Part shown: one piece after another, positions 10,875 through 23,442 of the stretch
How positions within the stretch are numbered: the first letter of the stretch is position 1
Layout: every line of letters begins with the position of its first letter
Source: Perkinsus olseni
Taxonomy: Eukaryota
Assembly: GCA_013115125.1 (NCBI GenBank)
Contig: JABANN010000216.1
Coordinates: 1 to 52,299 of the forward strand
DNA: 52,299 nucleotides
Direction: 5' to 3'
Notes under the pieces: generated by a model
The model's database searches: none
Told to the model about the DNA's origin: nothing
The model's input: only the letters and a program-made list of their open reading frames with translations
Translations under genes and position numbers: made by a program

Positions 10875-12882
10875 CGGAGCGGTTGAAAAAGCTGAAATCG
10901 AAGGTACAAGCCGAAGATATGGTAGAGCATTTAACTACCAGTGCTCCTAACCTAAGAGCATCATCCTCTGCCCCTGAAGCTTCTCTTGAAATGACCTTTC
11001 TACTAGAAGAGGAATCAACGAGGGCCGAATCTCGCAATCGAGACAATAGTAACATGCGCACTTCTACTCAATGAGCTGAACTCATTATAGTGTGGCTATT
11101 CGAGACGAGGTTCGAAGAAAGATGAAACTCAAGACTCTCGGGTCGATAGAAGTTCATAGTAAGCTGATTTCGTAGCTGATCTCTTAGCTTAGCTGAGCTA
11201 CGCTAGGCCTCAGCTAGCCGTAGCTAGTGGGCAAAGTATGCTACAGGTCGACAAGGTTATTTTGGGAATAAAGATACTATCTTTGTCAAAGATTATTTGA
11301 GATTCATGGTTGGAGCAATAAGCTAGTTAGGTATAGACAATGTCCATTGGACATGCACTCGTAGGGTTTAACGGAGTTGGAAATACTCGGGGGGCTGATC
11401 AGCACGCGCACGAGTCGTGCGGCACGACCGGGTATGACTGCGGGCTTCGTTGAACGAAGTTCGTTCCCGAAACTAGGCTAGAAGCAGACAATGACAGGAT
11501 TTATTCTCTTCTCTCAGACGTGGGAGACCAGCGGGACGCAGCCTGCGTCATGCAGTTTAGTTCCAGTCTGTACCCGAATCTCCGATCTCAAGAAAAACTA
11601 GGATATTTGACCGCACTCTAATTCGTAGTTTGCGCCCGAGCTTGGAAAAGCCGCTTCACAGAGATCTTGGACCCGAAAATCAGAGCACTTTAATCGTACA
11701 GCACTGGCGAACAATACGGTCGCGTGCAGGATCTGGACGGCGCTTGTAACCCAGGTATAATCACGTGACACTCCGTACCTCTCGCTCATGTCTCCTCGGA
11801 CCTCTTTCTTTAGTATTTGTTGCCTCGGCCTGTGGGCATGAACTTTATTTTCAGCCTATGTTAACATACTCAGCGCGTTTCGAAAATCAACGGGCGTGCG
11901 CGTCATTCTTTAACGATGCTGAGTACTGATCTGGGTTGATAATGGTCTGTGCGATTGTCTCTGAGTATCCTTTCTGTCTCTGTGAGCGTTAGCTGCGTAG
12001 CTAGACGCTGTGTACGTCTGACAGACGTCTTATAATACTGACTACTCCGTCTCATACAGACGTCGACGACGTCACGTCGTCTGTGTAAGACTTATTGGCA
12101 AGCCAGTGGTGGCCTAGAGACTCTGGCTAATTATCGTTGCATCCCACTTAGGTATCTTCTGCCATTCGGATACGATTAGGTTTACACTGTGTACATCACT
12201 CGGATACTAGTAAGGATCATTGGTTATTGGTATAACAGCTGGATATTGTGTTGACTAGTATGGTTAGTATCCCGTTTCCAGTAACCATCAGTTACTGAAA
12301 ATGTACGTAACTCTGATCACTCGCAGATGAGACTCGAACGGTCATCAACTGAATGCGTGGCACGCATTGCGTGCTTCCGGTTACCAACACCTACCCTCCC
12401 ACGCCACGATGGAGGTGGTGTAAGAGTCAACGTTCGGCTGTGCGACTCGCCATCATCTCGCAGTACTGGCTTATAGACCTCCCCACAGCTTGCGGCCTTG
12501 TCGCGATACTGGACGGCTTCCATCGGGAATCCCGATTTTGGATCGACTCTGGCGCCAGGTTCACGGGTCGCCGGTTGCGATTTGATGTAGCCGTCTGCAC
12601 TGCCTACCCAAACTCCGTTATTGTAGGAAGGATACGGGTTCCCCAACTAATATGCCGAACAATATGCGGCGAGCTGGTCAGAATCTGACGGTCAGATTCT
12701 AGCCGTCAGATGAGTTCCCCGGGTGATAAAGCCAAGTGCCTTGTAGTGCACTGAATCGGCGCCGCTGACTCGGTAATGCTCCCGACAACACTTAGAACAC
12801 AAAATCTGCGGGGACGGTACTTTTTATTAGTTTAACATGCACATCCTCAATTCTGCTATGGGGTGGCTCGAGTTAGCTGCAT

Positions 12883-15800
12883 TCAGGAGGTATCCTCCTG
12901 CGCCTTCTGCTTTGCCTTCTTGCTCCTCCACTTCAATGCCTCGAGGAAAGCATCGGGGTTGTTATGTGGATCGAACTGCCAGATATGCTCTGGTTTCGCA
13001 TCCACTGCTGTGAAGCACTTCATCTTTTCTAGTCCGGGAGCGCCAAAGCAGCTGCCCACTCCTAGTAAACCGAACAAGACACGATTAACCGTCCGAGGTA
13101 GACGAGTTCCATTGGTAAGCAGCTCCACGCCAATAAGACCAACAATCGGGCGAGACATCCAGCGCAGTATCACCAGAAGCATGGACCATGCCAGACCAAA
13201 AGCTTTGGGGTAAACCAGGCCAATGAGAGTCAAAGCCGCGAGGATGGACATCAGCCTGGCTGACTTCGTGTAATCGCTCTCCCATTTCAAAATACGAGTG
13301 TACTCGGTAGTGACTCTGATCCACTTGGACATCTTCCGCTGGAGGAACCTCACACCTTCTTGAGCGTCCTTCGGGGCGAACTTGGAGCAGAAGAAGGCAA
13401 AGCCGAGTGCCTTGGACCCCTGGAACTCCGGCAAAGGATCGGCGTTCTCATCAACTTCCTCCTCATCAGTGGAATCTTCAGACTCAGTGGCAGACCAATC
13501 CTCGCATTCGTCGCCAAGGCCCACCACATGTGCCGTCCCTCGCCCAAGAGCGATACCGGTGTTGACGGCGCCCGCGCCAACTGCTGCAACCTGAAATTCC
13601 GGATGCCAGTGCGCTCGGGAGCAGGTCGTCTCACCGCTCCAGCCACACCTCCCACTGTACCCGTTACCAAGCCAGTGATTCCGAGGGCTGTACCTTGACA
13701 TGAGTAGACGATCTGGACTGACCAGGGACACAGGTACATACCCTTGATCAAACCCTTGGCACCTTCTTGCTGGAGGCCCCTCACAGGGCTGGCGAAAACA
13801 CCGGCAACACCCGAGGTGATTTTCCCACCGGCCTGAAGTAGATGGAGTTGAGATAATCAGAGCTCAGTGGTCTTCGGACCCTGGTGAAGCCGTGCACAGC
13901 GCCGGTGGCGAGGTTGCGATGCTTCCTGTTCTGCTTGAGGATGTTCTTCTGCTTCTTCCTATCCTTCAAAGCTGCAGGTTTGGTGAAGCCCGGCAGGGCG
14001 TAGAGATCGTCAAGGGCACCTAGGGCACTTCAAGTAAACAAGGCATGAGTTGGTGGTCCTTACGGCGGCTGGTGCTGATCTTCTTTCTCTCTGGAACTAT
14101 GGTAGGGAGACTCTGAAAAAGGTTATACTTTTACCCTACGCTAGCTGCCTCAACGGGCATAGCGCACCTCACTGAGGGCTTGGACCATCGCCGCCTGATC
14201 TCTGTCACCCTTATCCCCTGCCAGACACCCCAGCCGCCCTTTAGCCTTGGTACGATGATAAGTCCTAGGATGAGCGAGGGATCGGGGCGATAAGTTACTT
14301 CACGAGCGTACTTGGCTAGAATCCCGACTAACAGCAAGGCTATCATGCCGAATAGCCTGTCTCCTGGGAGCCATCGGCAGAGGGCCAGCCAGGACACCAT
14401 GGGGATGACGGACACCCTGGTGGTGGCGGGTTAGCATAGCGGTTGCATTCACAGTCCACAGCTACCTCAGATGAGTCGGGTCCCAGCTACCAACCTTTTT
14501 GAAGTCGAAGAAGACGCTGAGGGAAGGGAAAATGAACATTTCTCCTGGCATGCGATTGCAGGGCCATTGAAGGTTGCCGTAAGCAGACCAGTTGTCAAGA
14601 AGCTGCTCTGACTCACTCCCGTAAGCTCTTTTCCCAGAGTAGGTCCTTGATCCTCATGGCCGAGGAATACACATTGGCTGGGTTGTATCTGATGCGGCCA
14701 ATGAGCGGCATAGTGTCTCGGGAGTTGTACTTTGGGAGATGCCTCAACTTCTCAGGTGGCGTTGCGAAGTTAGCACATATTTGGTCTATCTTCGACAGAT
14801 AGTCAACCCGGATCGATAGTTTTATCCTCCCGCAGTAAAGACCATCTGAAGAGGCTCTGAAGGGCGGCCGCTGGAGAACACAATTCCCTCACCATAGTCC
14901 TCGCTAGGTTCTAAGTGGAACCACCCTTCAACGGTCTTCCCAGGGACCGCCTTTCGTATAGGAAAGAGCACCTGGCGACAATAGTCTTACACGTAGTCAA
15001 GCCGTGGTGGCTGCTGACCTCTCCCAGGACCTCGTCATCGCCCAACATATTGAGGGCCGACCGTCTAAGCATCACCCTCAGCCGCAGGACAGTGACCGGG
15101 TGATAAACGTGGAGGACGAAGGACTCGTTACAGATGTACTCTTCTACAGATTTTTTGTATCGCATTAATCGTGCTGTCCTGCCGGCTCTGAATTCTCATA
15201 TGCTGACGACCATCAAAGCTGTGGCGTTGGCTACCTCCGTTTCTTCCCTCCAGAGCAAGCCATGTGCAGCATCAAATAAGGCCGAACTCCACCGAGGATT
15301 CCTCGAGGAACTCCCTTCAATGAGAGGGCCTGATCACTCAAGCTTCCCTCCTGGCCGAGCCATCAGCTCGCGTACGTTAAGTGTTACAGCACCACAAGGG
15401 CCGTTCTCCTCGAAGACTGGTACCGACTTCTTTGGTCCAAGTACGGCAGTAAGCCTATGGAAATCTCTATCTCCTGGTTCGAGGCCGTCGAATGTGTTGT
15501 GGTAGTGATGAATATGGGTCAGCCATAGCCGCTTGCCGCCGACGTCCGGCGGAGGGCTCGCCGCATCTGCAGGGCGAAGTGCGTACTGCAGCGAGCTGGA
15601 CAGGATTGTGCGTCCTACTCAGCCTGGCTTTGAAGTTTTCTCGCGTGTCGACTTCCCACTGCCCGGTGGTCGGTTCTTCAGACTTGGGCTTGTCTATCCG
15701 TGGCAGTGCGTCCTCGACTGGTCGGTCTCCCTTTCGAGCTTTCTTCTTGCCGAATAGATGTCTCTTTTCAGCTTCATCGTCATTCTCATGCTTCCCTTTT

Positions 15801-16144
15801 CTGTCACCAAGCCAATTTTTAAGCTTCTTGGCGGTTCTGATGTCGCCTGCCAAGAGACTCTGACCTCTGTTGTGCACTACCCCTCACACACAACGCTTCA
15901 TGAGGACGCGTCAAGTGATTCCACCGCCATGAAACCATCGAGCAGCATCCACTATGTACGCAGCCATACGACCCTACCCTTACAACGAGCTCCCTAGGTG
16001 TGACGTGAAAACAGGAAAGGCTCTGGCGATTTCCGGACCCTCACCCGACGGTGGTAGCTCACCTTTGGCCACAGCTGATTCTACGACATCTACCTTAACC
16101 ACCTCTGGCAGGCGAGGCGACAACGGCGGAGGCTCGCTTGCCAT
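12883..16144 (-). CDS. Multi-exon C2-domain + transmembrane protein (MCTP/PRT_C-like)
   Basis: C2-like segments NESFVLHVYHPVTVLRLRV...DDEVLGEV and VEGWFHL; hydrophobic helices (VSWLALC...MIALLLVGILA; ILKWESDYTKSARLMSILAALTLIGLVYP); GT-AG introns; probable ATG at 16144 (MASEPPP). Confidence 0.6.
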
Positions 16145-16285
16145 CCTATAAAAAGGGCGGAGCGAAGCGCCCCTAAGAACGCCGTCCAAGTGCATTGATG
16201 AACGCAACGCTACTACGACGGTGGAAAAATGATCGTAGGAGTACCGTTCTGTAGTGGTCGTAAGACGGAGCTGACGATGCGGCAA

Positions 16286-16830
16286 TCATACTCCCTGTAT
16301 GTTGAGGACTTCGATCTCAAAGTTCAGCGTTCCGTTAGGTGGGATGCCCCAAGCTGAAGAGGTTGATGCTACGGGGCTGAGAAGAGGTCGACTTACCAGG
16401 GAAACCACCGGCGCCGTAGCCCTCATTGGCAGGGATGCTCAACTGCCTTACTTCACCTAGGTGCATGCCCAGTACCTGTTGACGCTTTCCAAGGGCGGTA
16501 GTTGGAGGCTGCCCACTACTACCCCTTGGTCCCATCCAGTAATCACCTTACCGACGCCACTTTGATAGGTGAAGGGCTTCTGGCCTGACGATGGTCATCA
16601 CAGTCCGAGACTTGGCCGTTGAACGGCCTACTTACCGGCGTCTTTCGTGGACCAAAACTTCTTCCCGGTCTCCTGAACGCTGCCGGTGGCGTGGACTGTT
16701 ACCTGATGGACACCCCTTGTTAGCAGGGAGGCTGCTTGTGACGGTGTACAGTATTGCCCTTCTGGACCACTGCTCCGGAGCCAGCCTTGAGGATCTGGTA
16801 GGTCGTCCTGTATCCGGGGATGGGCTGCAT
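16286..16830 (-). CDS. FKBP12: FKBP-type peptidyl-prolyl cis-trans isomerase (FKBP12-like), 5 exons
   Basis: Spliced translation MQPIPGYRTTYQILKAGSGAVVQKGNTVTVHATG...KFWSTKDAGQKPFTYQSGVGKVITGWDQGVLGMHLGEVRQLSIPANEGYGAGGFPAWGIPPNGTLNFEIEVLNIQGV*. Confidence 0.92.
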
Positions 16831-17076
16831 GATGGTTCAGCGGGCAATACTGGTGAGGCAATAGAAGTTGAGACGACAGGACCTCGCGCCACGAAATCCA
16901 TTGCAAACCGGCCGTGTGACTGCCCTCCGAGCTTTTCGAGTTGAAGTTAACCGTCGATAGCATTCAGGAGAGACAGAGCAGCAGGATGTTGATCACAGTC
17001 ATGAGGTAATCGATTACCACGGCGTGCGCGACTGTCACGATGTAGTGTTGACTGTAGTGGTGGTGGTATATGTGTG

Positions 17077-19779
17077 ATGATACTCTTACCATCCCCGCCG
17101 ACCAGGGGTACGAGGCTTTACCCATGCATTGAAGAAGAGGAAGATGCCGAAGAGGAGGATGCCGAAGGGGGTGGTGATGCGAAAGCAGCGACGGTTGGGT
17201 GGCCGTAGTGGTGGTTGGGTCAGTTCAGGCAGCAGCCGCGGCAGGGCAGATGGTAGCGTCTTTGGTGGATTGCTTGGGGCAACTCGACCTCTACCCGAAA
17301 GATCCTTTACCGATGATAAGTACGCAGCCTGCCGAGGTGGTACATGCTGGGGTTACACGGGTTAAAAAGATACGCTCAGGTTCCACCGAAGGGTCTGTCG
17401 AGGTCTGCGTCGACCTCGGCTATGCTAGGCGTGGGCCGAAGGGAGGCGGCTGCGGCAGGGAGGCCGGTGAGGACTGTGGCTGGTGGGAGGGAGGAGGGGG
17501 CCCTGCCGAGCGTGCAGGCTGTCAAGGGATTGCATAAATCGGTAATAGGGAATTGAACCTGGGTTGTTTGTTAGAAGGATTGACGGCCACGGCGCAGGTC
17601 CAGTTCGCCACTTTACCGCACACACTTTGGCCGGTTGTGGTGGAGTCCTCACGACCGTCGTGCGGAGCGATGACCCCTTCCCCTCCACCAGCCACCAGCG
17701 ATGCTCGGCCGAGTAGACCCGGTATCGAAGACGACGATTCCACACCAGTAACACTAGGCTGCCCACTGTGCGACATGAAGGTCGTCAATGAAGAGGAGGA
17801 GGACACCACAGCTTGGAGTCGCCCACCCCGCTGCTCTCCTGCTTGTCATCAGACACTCAGGCCGGGTCTATCATCACATACAACATCACCACCGCAGCGG
17901 CCTCCTTCGAGTCACTCTGCCCGGCAACCCCACAAGTATCTTGTACACTTGCCATCGACATGAGTGTACCTGCTCGGGTGTCTTTTCGCACGATATTCGA
18001 CGGTCTTTCAGGCTGGACCCTCCCTGCCAAGCCGCGGTCTCGGCGTGACAGTCGGGTCGGGCCGAAGACCCCAGAAGGCTTGGTCGAGTCGTCGAGAGGG
18101 GAGGAGAGGCCTAACAGGGGTCGCCACTTCCACTGTCCTGTCTGTGGGGTACTGTGCGTGGCTGACCAAAGCGGGGAGGGGGTCAAGATGCATCTGCTGG
18201 GGTGTAGGATGGCTCCTAGGCGGAAGATGGGCCCCTCGATGATCAGCGTAAGGCGTGTGAATTTCGTGGCGCGTGACGCTGTCGGTAAGCCGACTGTTGC
18301 GTCAGATTGAGAAGGTTGCGGAGATAGCAGTAGCGGATAGTGACAGTTACACGGTGGATGGCATTCGACCATTAAATGCCGGGGCCGAGGATCGAACCCG
18401 GGACCATGGCTTGAGGTTCCACAGTACTTCCTCAGTTAGCTACCGCTGCACTGGTCATCGCTGCGACCTCAGACGAGGTGGCGACTCGTTCCTTCCCTCG
18501 AGTGCTCTCCTTCATAGAGCAGCTGGGCTCCCCGGGCGTGGCCCACCGGCCCCCTCGGAAGAAGTACCGCCTTCCGTCGCCCTGCCCGCCATCCACCATC
18601 AGGTACCGTAAGTTGTACGACTTAACACCACTTGATGACACCTGCTTGGACGACTACATCGACGCTTTGTGTGTCAACGCATTCGAAAACCGCGGCCTAG
18701 ATTTGACCGGTGCAAAGTACACCATTGTGGGTAGGGTGCCACGCGCCGGGCCCTCTAGACCCTGTCGGGGTGCCGGTGGCAGGCTCGGGAGTGCCTCCGG
18801 TGGTGTTTGGTATTATCCGTGGGATTGGTGGCGATTTGTACGGTATCAACTACATAGAAGCGGAGCAATGGCGAGAGGTCACCCACGTCCTGGTCGGGCC
18901 GATGGTCCATGTGAGTGGCGGGTGCGTTCTATGAGAAGTCGGTCGTATTCGGGTAGGTTGGGAGTTTGAGGAACTTTTGCCATACTGTAAGACGACTCGC
19001 CTTGGCTGATAAGCTCCTCTGGGTGGACTGTAGGGACTTGCTGACGCCGGCGACGGAAGGTGAGGTGCTTTTTGTGGGGGTTGGTATCTTAGGTTGAAGC
19101 TAGGTAGTGTCGGAGGATGGACAATCACCTCAGTCATGTCTGCCTTGACCTGTAGCAAGAGGACACTTGGTAGTGGTAGCGTGTTGGTTGAGGGAGGGAT
19201 GACGCCCTGTAGGCTCCGCCGGGAAGGCGTCCAAGCGGGTGAAGGGCTCTCCCACCCCGTCTCCGGTCACCTCCCCCGACACAAAACCTGTCTCCCTACC
19301 CGCCATGGCCTCCGGTCCTCCTACTCAGAAGACCGTGGATAAGCCTTTACGGTTATGTGCTGTCACCTCCAAGTCCTTCACGCCGGCGCCACGAGTGGTC
19401 CTGGGTCATCACAGCGATGCCTTCGCTACTACCAATGACCTCTCTCCGGGTCGATTGAGGGAAGAGGGTCATGGGAGGGCTACTGGCACGTACTCGACTG
19501 TCGATTACTCCCCGACTTACCGGGGCCTCGCGCCCTCATCCGAGTATGATGTCCCATTGATACCGGGAGTCACTGTCACGCCAGGCAAACATCGTGAGAG
19601 GAGGCGGAGGAGGGGGGCTGTACGGGGGTGGTATGACCACGGACTTTTCGGTGGATTTTTGGTATCAGGTTCGACCAGGCCCGGGTGTTGATGATACCGA
19701 AGTTACTCCGGCGCCTAGAAGGTCGACGCGTCTGTCTCGCAGTGCCCCGCCGAAGGATTCGCTTCTGTCCTCTGGTTGA
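17077..19779 (+). CDS. Multi-exon hypothetical protein with CxxC motifs and a low-complexity Pro/Ser tail
   Basis: Frames join across GT-AG introns (e.g. 18248-18305, 18354-18435); CPLC and FHCPVCG...HLLGC motifs. Confidence 0.55.
18377..18449 (-). other. Degenerate tRNA-like element (A-box in host exon, T-arm/B-box in intron)
   Basis: 73 nt: GCAGCGG TAGCTAA...GGTC CCGGG TTCGATC CTCGG CCCCGGC A; T-stem intact, acceptor stem 5/7 paired, no valid anticodon arm. Confidence 0.65.
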
Positions 19780-19966
19780 TGATGAGCTCGTCCACCCTAG
19801 TGAGAAGTTGTCTCGCTTAGAATTGAATCCCATGCATGGTCTAATCAGAAATGAAGGTTTCCCTCAGCATCGCTGTTGCTCGTTGTGGTGGAGCGCGGGC
19901 TTTTTACACTTTTTCCATCAGTTTCTTCTTCAACCCTTTCACGTCTACTTCTACTTCTCCTCCACT

Positions 19967-22299
19967 ATGGCTGACGGTTGGCCCGCAAGTTCAGTGTTCA
20001 ACTCCCGAGCACCCGGCTATGCCTTCGACGACATCATCCTCCTGCCGGGACACATCTCCTTCGGCGTCGAGACTGTAGAGCTAGCTGGTCGCATTTCGAA
20101 GGACATCACAGTGAGTCTTTCGTAATTTCGTGGCGCGTGACGATGCCTTCCTTGCCCCTTCAGCTGCGAACGCCCATCATCAGCAGCCCTATGGACACTG
20201 TGACCGAAGCGAAGATGGCGATCGCCATGGCCCTTCTCGGGTGAGGTGTCGCTGCGCGGACGCTTTTCGGATGATGTTACTTTGCAGGGGTATGGGCGTC
20301 ATCCATGGTAATATGACCACGGACGCTCAAGTGCAGGAGATCCTCAAGGTAGGTCAACCTCTTTTGTGACATGCATGAGTCGACCTTGGATACCATCAGG
20401 TCAAGCGTTACGAGAACGGCTTCATTATGGACCCCTATGTGCTCGGTCCGAATAATACTGTCGCCGACGTCGATGAGATCAGGAGGGTAATTTCGTGGCG
20501 CAGTGACGAATTTCATCTTCCTGTGGTGTAGGTCGAGGGGTTCTCCTCCGTGCCCATCACCCAGAGCAGCCGTATGGGAGGCAAGCTGCTGGGCATAGTC
20601 ACCAGCCGGGACATTGACTTCATCGACGATCGCACTACCCTTCTCAAGAACGTCATGACTCCGGCTAAGGACTTGGTGAGTATCTTTTTATTTGTGCAGT
20701 GCCAGAGTCGACCTCGTTGCGAGACAGCTTGGTCTGTTTGTTATTTTTTGAGGGATGGAATCCTTGATCGTCGATGATGCTGTTCAGGTTGTCGGCACCG
20801 AGCCCATCTCCCTTAACGAGGCGAACGACAAACTTCAGGATGCCAAGGTGGGCAAGCTGCCCATCATCAACGGCGACTGGGAGCTGGTGGCTCTGATCTC
20901 GAGGGAGGATCTCAAGAAGAATAAGTAATTTCGTGGCGCGCGGTCATGAGTTTAGAAGGAGGATTCTCATTAGGGACTACCCCAATGCGTCCAAGGATAA
21001 GAACAAGCAGTTGATTTGCGGCGCGGCTGTGCCGGTGAGCTTCCCTGCGACCTCGTACCATCTCTTGCACAACTCTCTTCAGATTCTTCCTGACATGGAG
21101 CTCCCTGCCCTCGAGGAGAGGTGCCGGCTGCTGGTCGAGGCTGGTGTTGATCTGCTGGTCCTCGATTCGCCTGATGGGGACTCGTCCGTCCAAGTGGAGT
21201 TAGTGAAGCGTCTTAAGGCTAAGTAGGGCACCTTTGTGCATGCGTGCAAGTCTCGTACCACTCCTTTCCCTACAGACATGATAATGTTAACATTATGGCG
21301 GGAAATGTGGTATCAGTAAGACAAGCCAAGAGCCTCATTGATGCTGGTAGTACACAGCCTCACCATCCATTCCTCTGGGCAGCCCCCCTTCCCCCTTCAT
21401 TCAGGAGCTGATTCCCTTAGAGTTGGTATGGGCTCCTCCTCGGTCGGTATTGGAGCTAGCATTACGGCTGTCGGCCGTGCCCAGGCCAGCGCCGTCTACC
21501 GCGTCGGCAAGTTCGCCCGGGAATATGCTAACGTGAGGATGGGAGGCCTCCGCCGCTGGTCGCTGCTTCAGGGGTGGTATCTTAGGTGCCTGTCGTGGCC
21601 GACGGTGGTATCCAGAACTCGGGTCACATTATGAAGGCTCTCTGCCTGGGGGCCAGCGCGGCTATGATGGGCAGTGGTTTGGCTGGTACTGATGAGGCGC
21701 CAGGTGAGTGGAAGGTGGAGTGCACGCATGCGCATGCGTGCAATTTTCATACTAACTTTTCGGTGACTCGTCGTGCAGGTGACTACTATTATTCTGATGG
21801 GGTCCGCGTGAAAACCTATAGAGGAATGCACTCCTTCAATGCTGTCCGCGAGTGCTTCACGAACGCTGGCAAGGACACTAGCCGACTCGACAGACCTTTC
21901 GCCGCTCAAGGTAATGGTATCTGGTTCGATTCCCACGGGCGTCATTTTTCCGCCTCTAGGCGTACAAGCAGCAGTTGTTGACAAGGGCTCAGTGAACTCT
22001 CTTGTGCCCTACCTCGTCCAAGGCTGCAGGCATGGGTTCCAGGACCTCGGCGTCCAGTCGGTCACCCAGCTACATCACCAACTCGACGATGGTAATGATA
22101 ACAACGTTTGGGGTCGCCGCGCGATGCCCCATAGAATCTCGCCTGGTTGTCGCCCTTCGCAATGCCACCTTGCCTAGGTACTCTCCGCATGGAAGTCCGG
22201 TCTGGCTCAGCTATCAAGGAGGGAGGGGTCCATGACTTGGTCCGACTGCCCGGAGCTGGGGCTGGTGGTGGGATGGGCCGTGGACAGGGCAGGAACTGA
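19967..22299 (+). CDS. IMPDH: IMP dehydrogenase-like protein with CBS domains, ~14 exons; catalytic Cys replaced by Gly
   Basis: [35 protein letters not shown] pair, AGNVV, LRVGMG, VVADGGI, KTYRGM, DKGSV, EGGVH; all introns GT-AG and in frame. Confidence 0.92.
21872..21944 (+). other. Degenerate tRNA-like element across an IMPDH exon/intron junction
   Basis: TAGCCGA at 21879 (tRNA position 8) and GGTTCGATTCC with T54 at 21925 (canonical 46-nt spacing); A73 at 21944, followed directly by TTTTT. Confidence 0.6.
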
Positions 22300-22476
22300 G
22301 TAACACTACTGCTGCTCCAACGTAACACCAAGACTGCCTACTAAAGGTCTCCAGTCGAACGATCATCGTAAACAAAGTCTCTAGACTCGACAGTTTTCCA
22401 CTTGAGTATTTATCAATAGCCAGGGGAGGGTGGACGATAGTCATCCGTGCAACGCGCAGTTCTTAGCGACTTTGGC

Positions 22477-23336
22477 ATGCCTCGCGGCTTGGGGACGACA
22501 ACACTTTCGCGGCATGCTAGTGGGACAGGAGGACCAGGCAGCCGTGCCGGTGTACGGGCGGGGAATGGCGACTCTGACGGTACTTGACAGCGGAGCGAAG
22601 CGATTTTCGAGTCATCGTTTTGTGCCTTAGGTATGGCCCCTCCAGTATGGGAAAGTGCCATGGTGCCCCTTTACGAGGAGTACATTGACGTGTGCTGTAG
22701 CATGTATTTTGATGGCTCTGCCCAGGGCGTCACGGTCGATGGTCTTCGGGGTTACTTCAGGTAGGCCAAGGGGTGCAGGGAATTGTTATAGTCCAACTAC
22801 CTTCTCATCAGGAGGTTGATCGAGCGTGAACGTGGACGCCCTGCCCGCCCGGAGCCCTTGACGGCCATCCCGAAGGAAGCGATGGCACGGGAGGGAGCAA
22901 CGGGGATAGTCGATGCTGAGGCGAGGAAGGAGCGTCTCTTGGCGGAGATATCGTCATGCACTGGGGGACTACTCACATCGAGGTTGAGAAAGAGACAGGC
23001 TATTGATCTGTAGGAAGTCGAGAGGGTTCATCCGTGCACTAGTCTGGTCAGGTGGGGTCCCTTCGACGCCGCCTTGTTTCTGGCCGGGCTGTCCCGTTAC
23101 GGTCGCAATTGGCATCGGATAGGGAAGCTCACCACCGGACGGAAAGATGCTAAGGATGTTGCAGATATGTACTAGTCTCCCCTGGACACGTGCTTGGGGA
23201 TTTCGCGCGCCACGAAATTGGCAGGTACTACGGTGCTCTGAAGTCGGCGAAAAGGACGAAGTCGTTGTGGAAGCGCTACGCTTGCATTCGGGACACGACC
23301 GCGGGAGCCCCTCCCAATCGATCGATCTCGGCTTGA
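22477..23336 (+). CDS. SANT/Myb-domain protein, multi-exon
   Basis: Spliced WGPFDAALFLAGLSRYGRNWHRIGKLTTGRKDAKDVADMYY matches the SANT pattern. Confidence 0.7.
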
Positions 23337-23442
23337 CAACTCGGTCACGTAAATAAAAATTGGTTGTAGTCTCTTGAGCAGGGAAGATCTGCTGCTGGTT
23401 GTTGTTGTTGTTGTTGAGTTTGCGCACGGCGAAGGATACGTC

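Noticed and set aside
12965-12980. B-box-like GTTCGATCC on the minus strand; a similar GGTTCGAGGCC at ~15477
   Set aside because: Inside coding sequence (WQFDPH), with no T-run or tRNA-like context; treated as chance
14500-15080. Repeat shared with 3895-4580, first suspected to be a retrotransposon fragment
   Set aside because: It translates as spliced exons of a C2-domain gene; no RT, integrase or transposase motifs
23393-23416. (GTT)n / CTG microsatellite
   Set aside because: Ordinary short simple repeat in intergenic or UTR sequence
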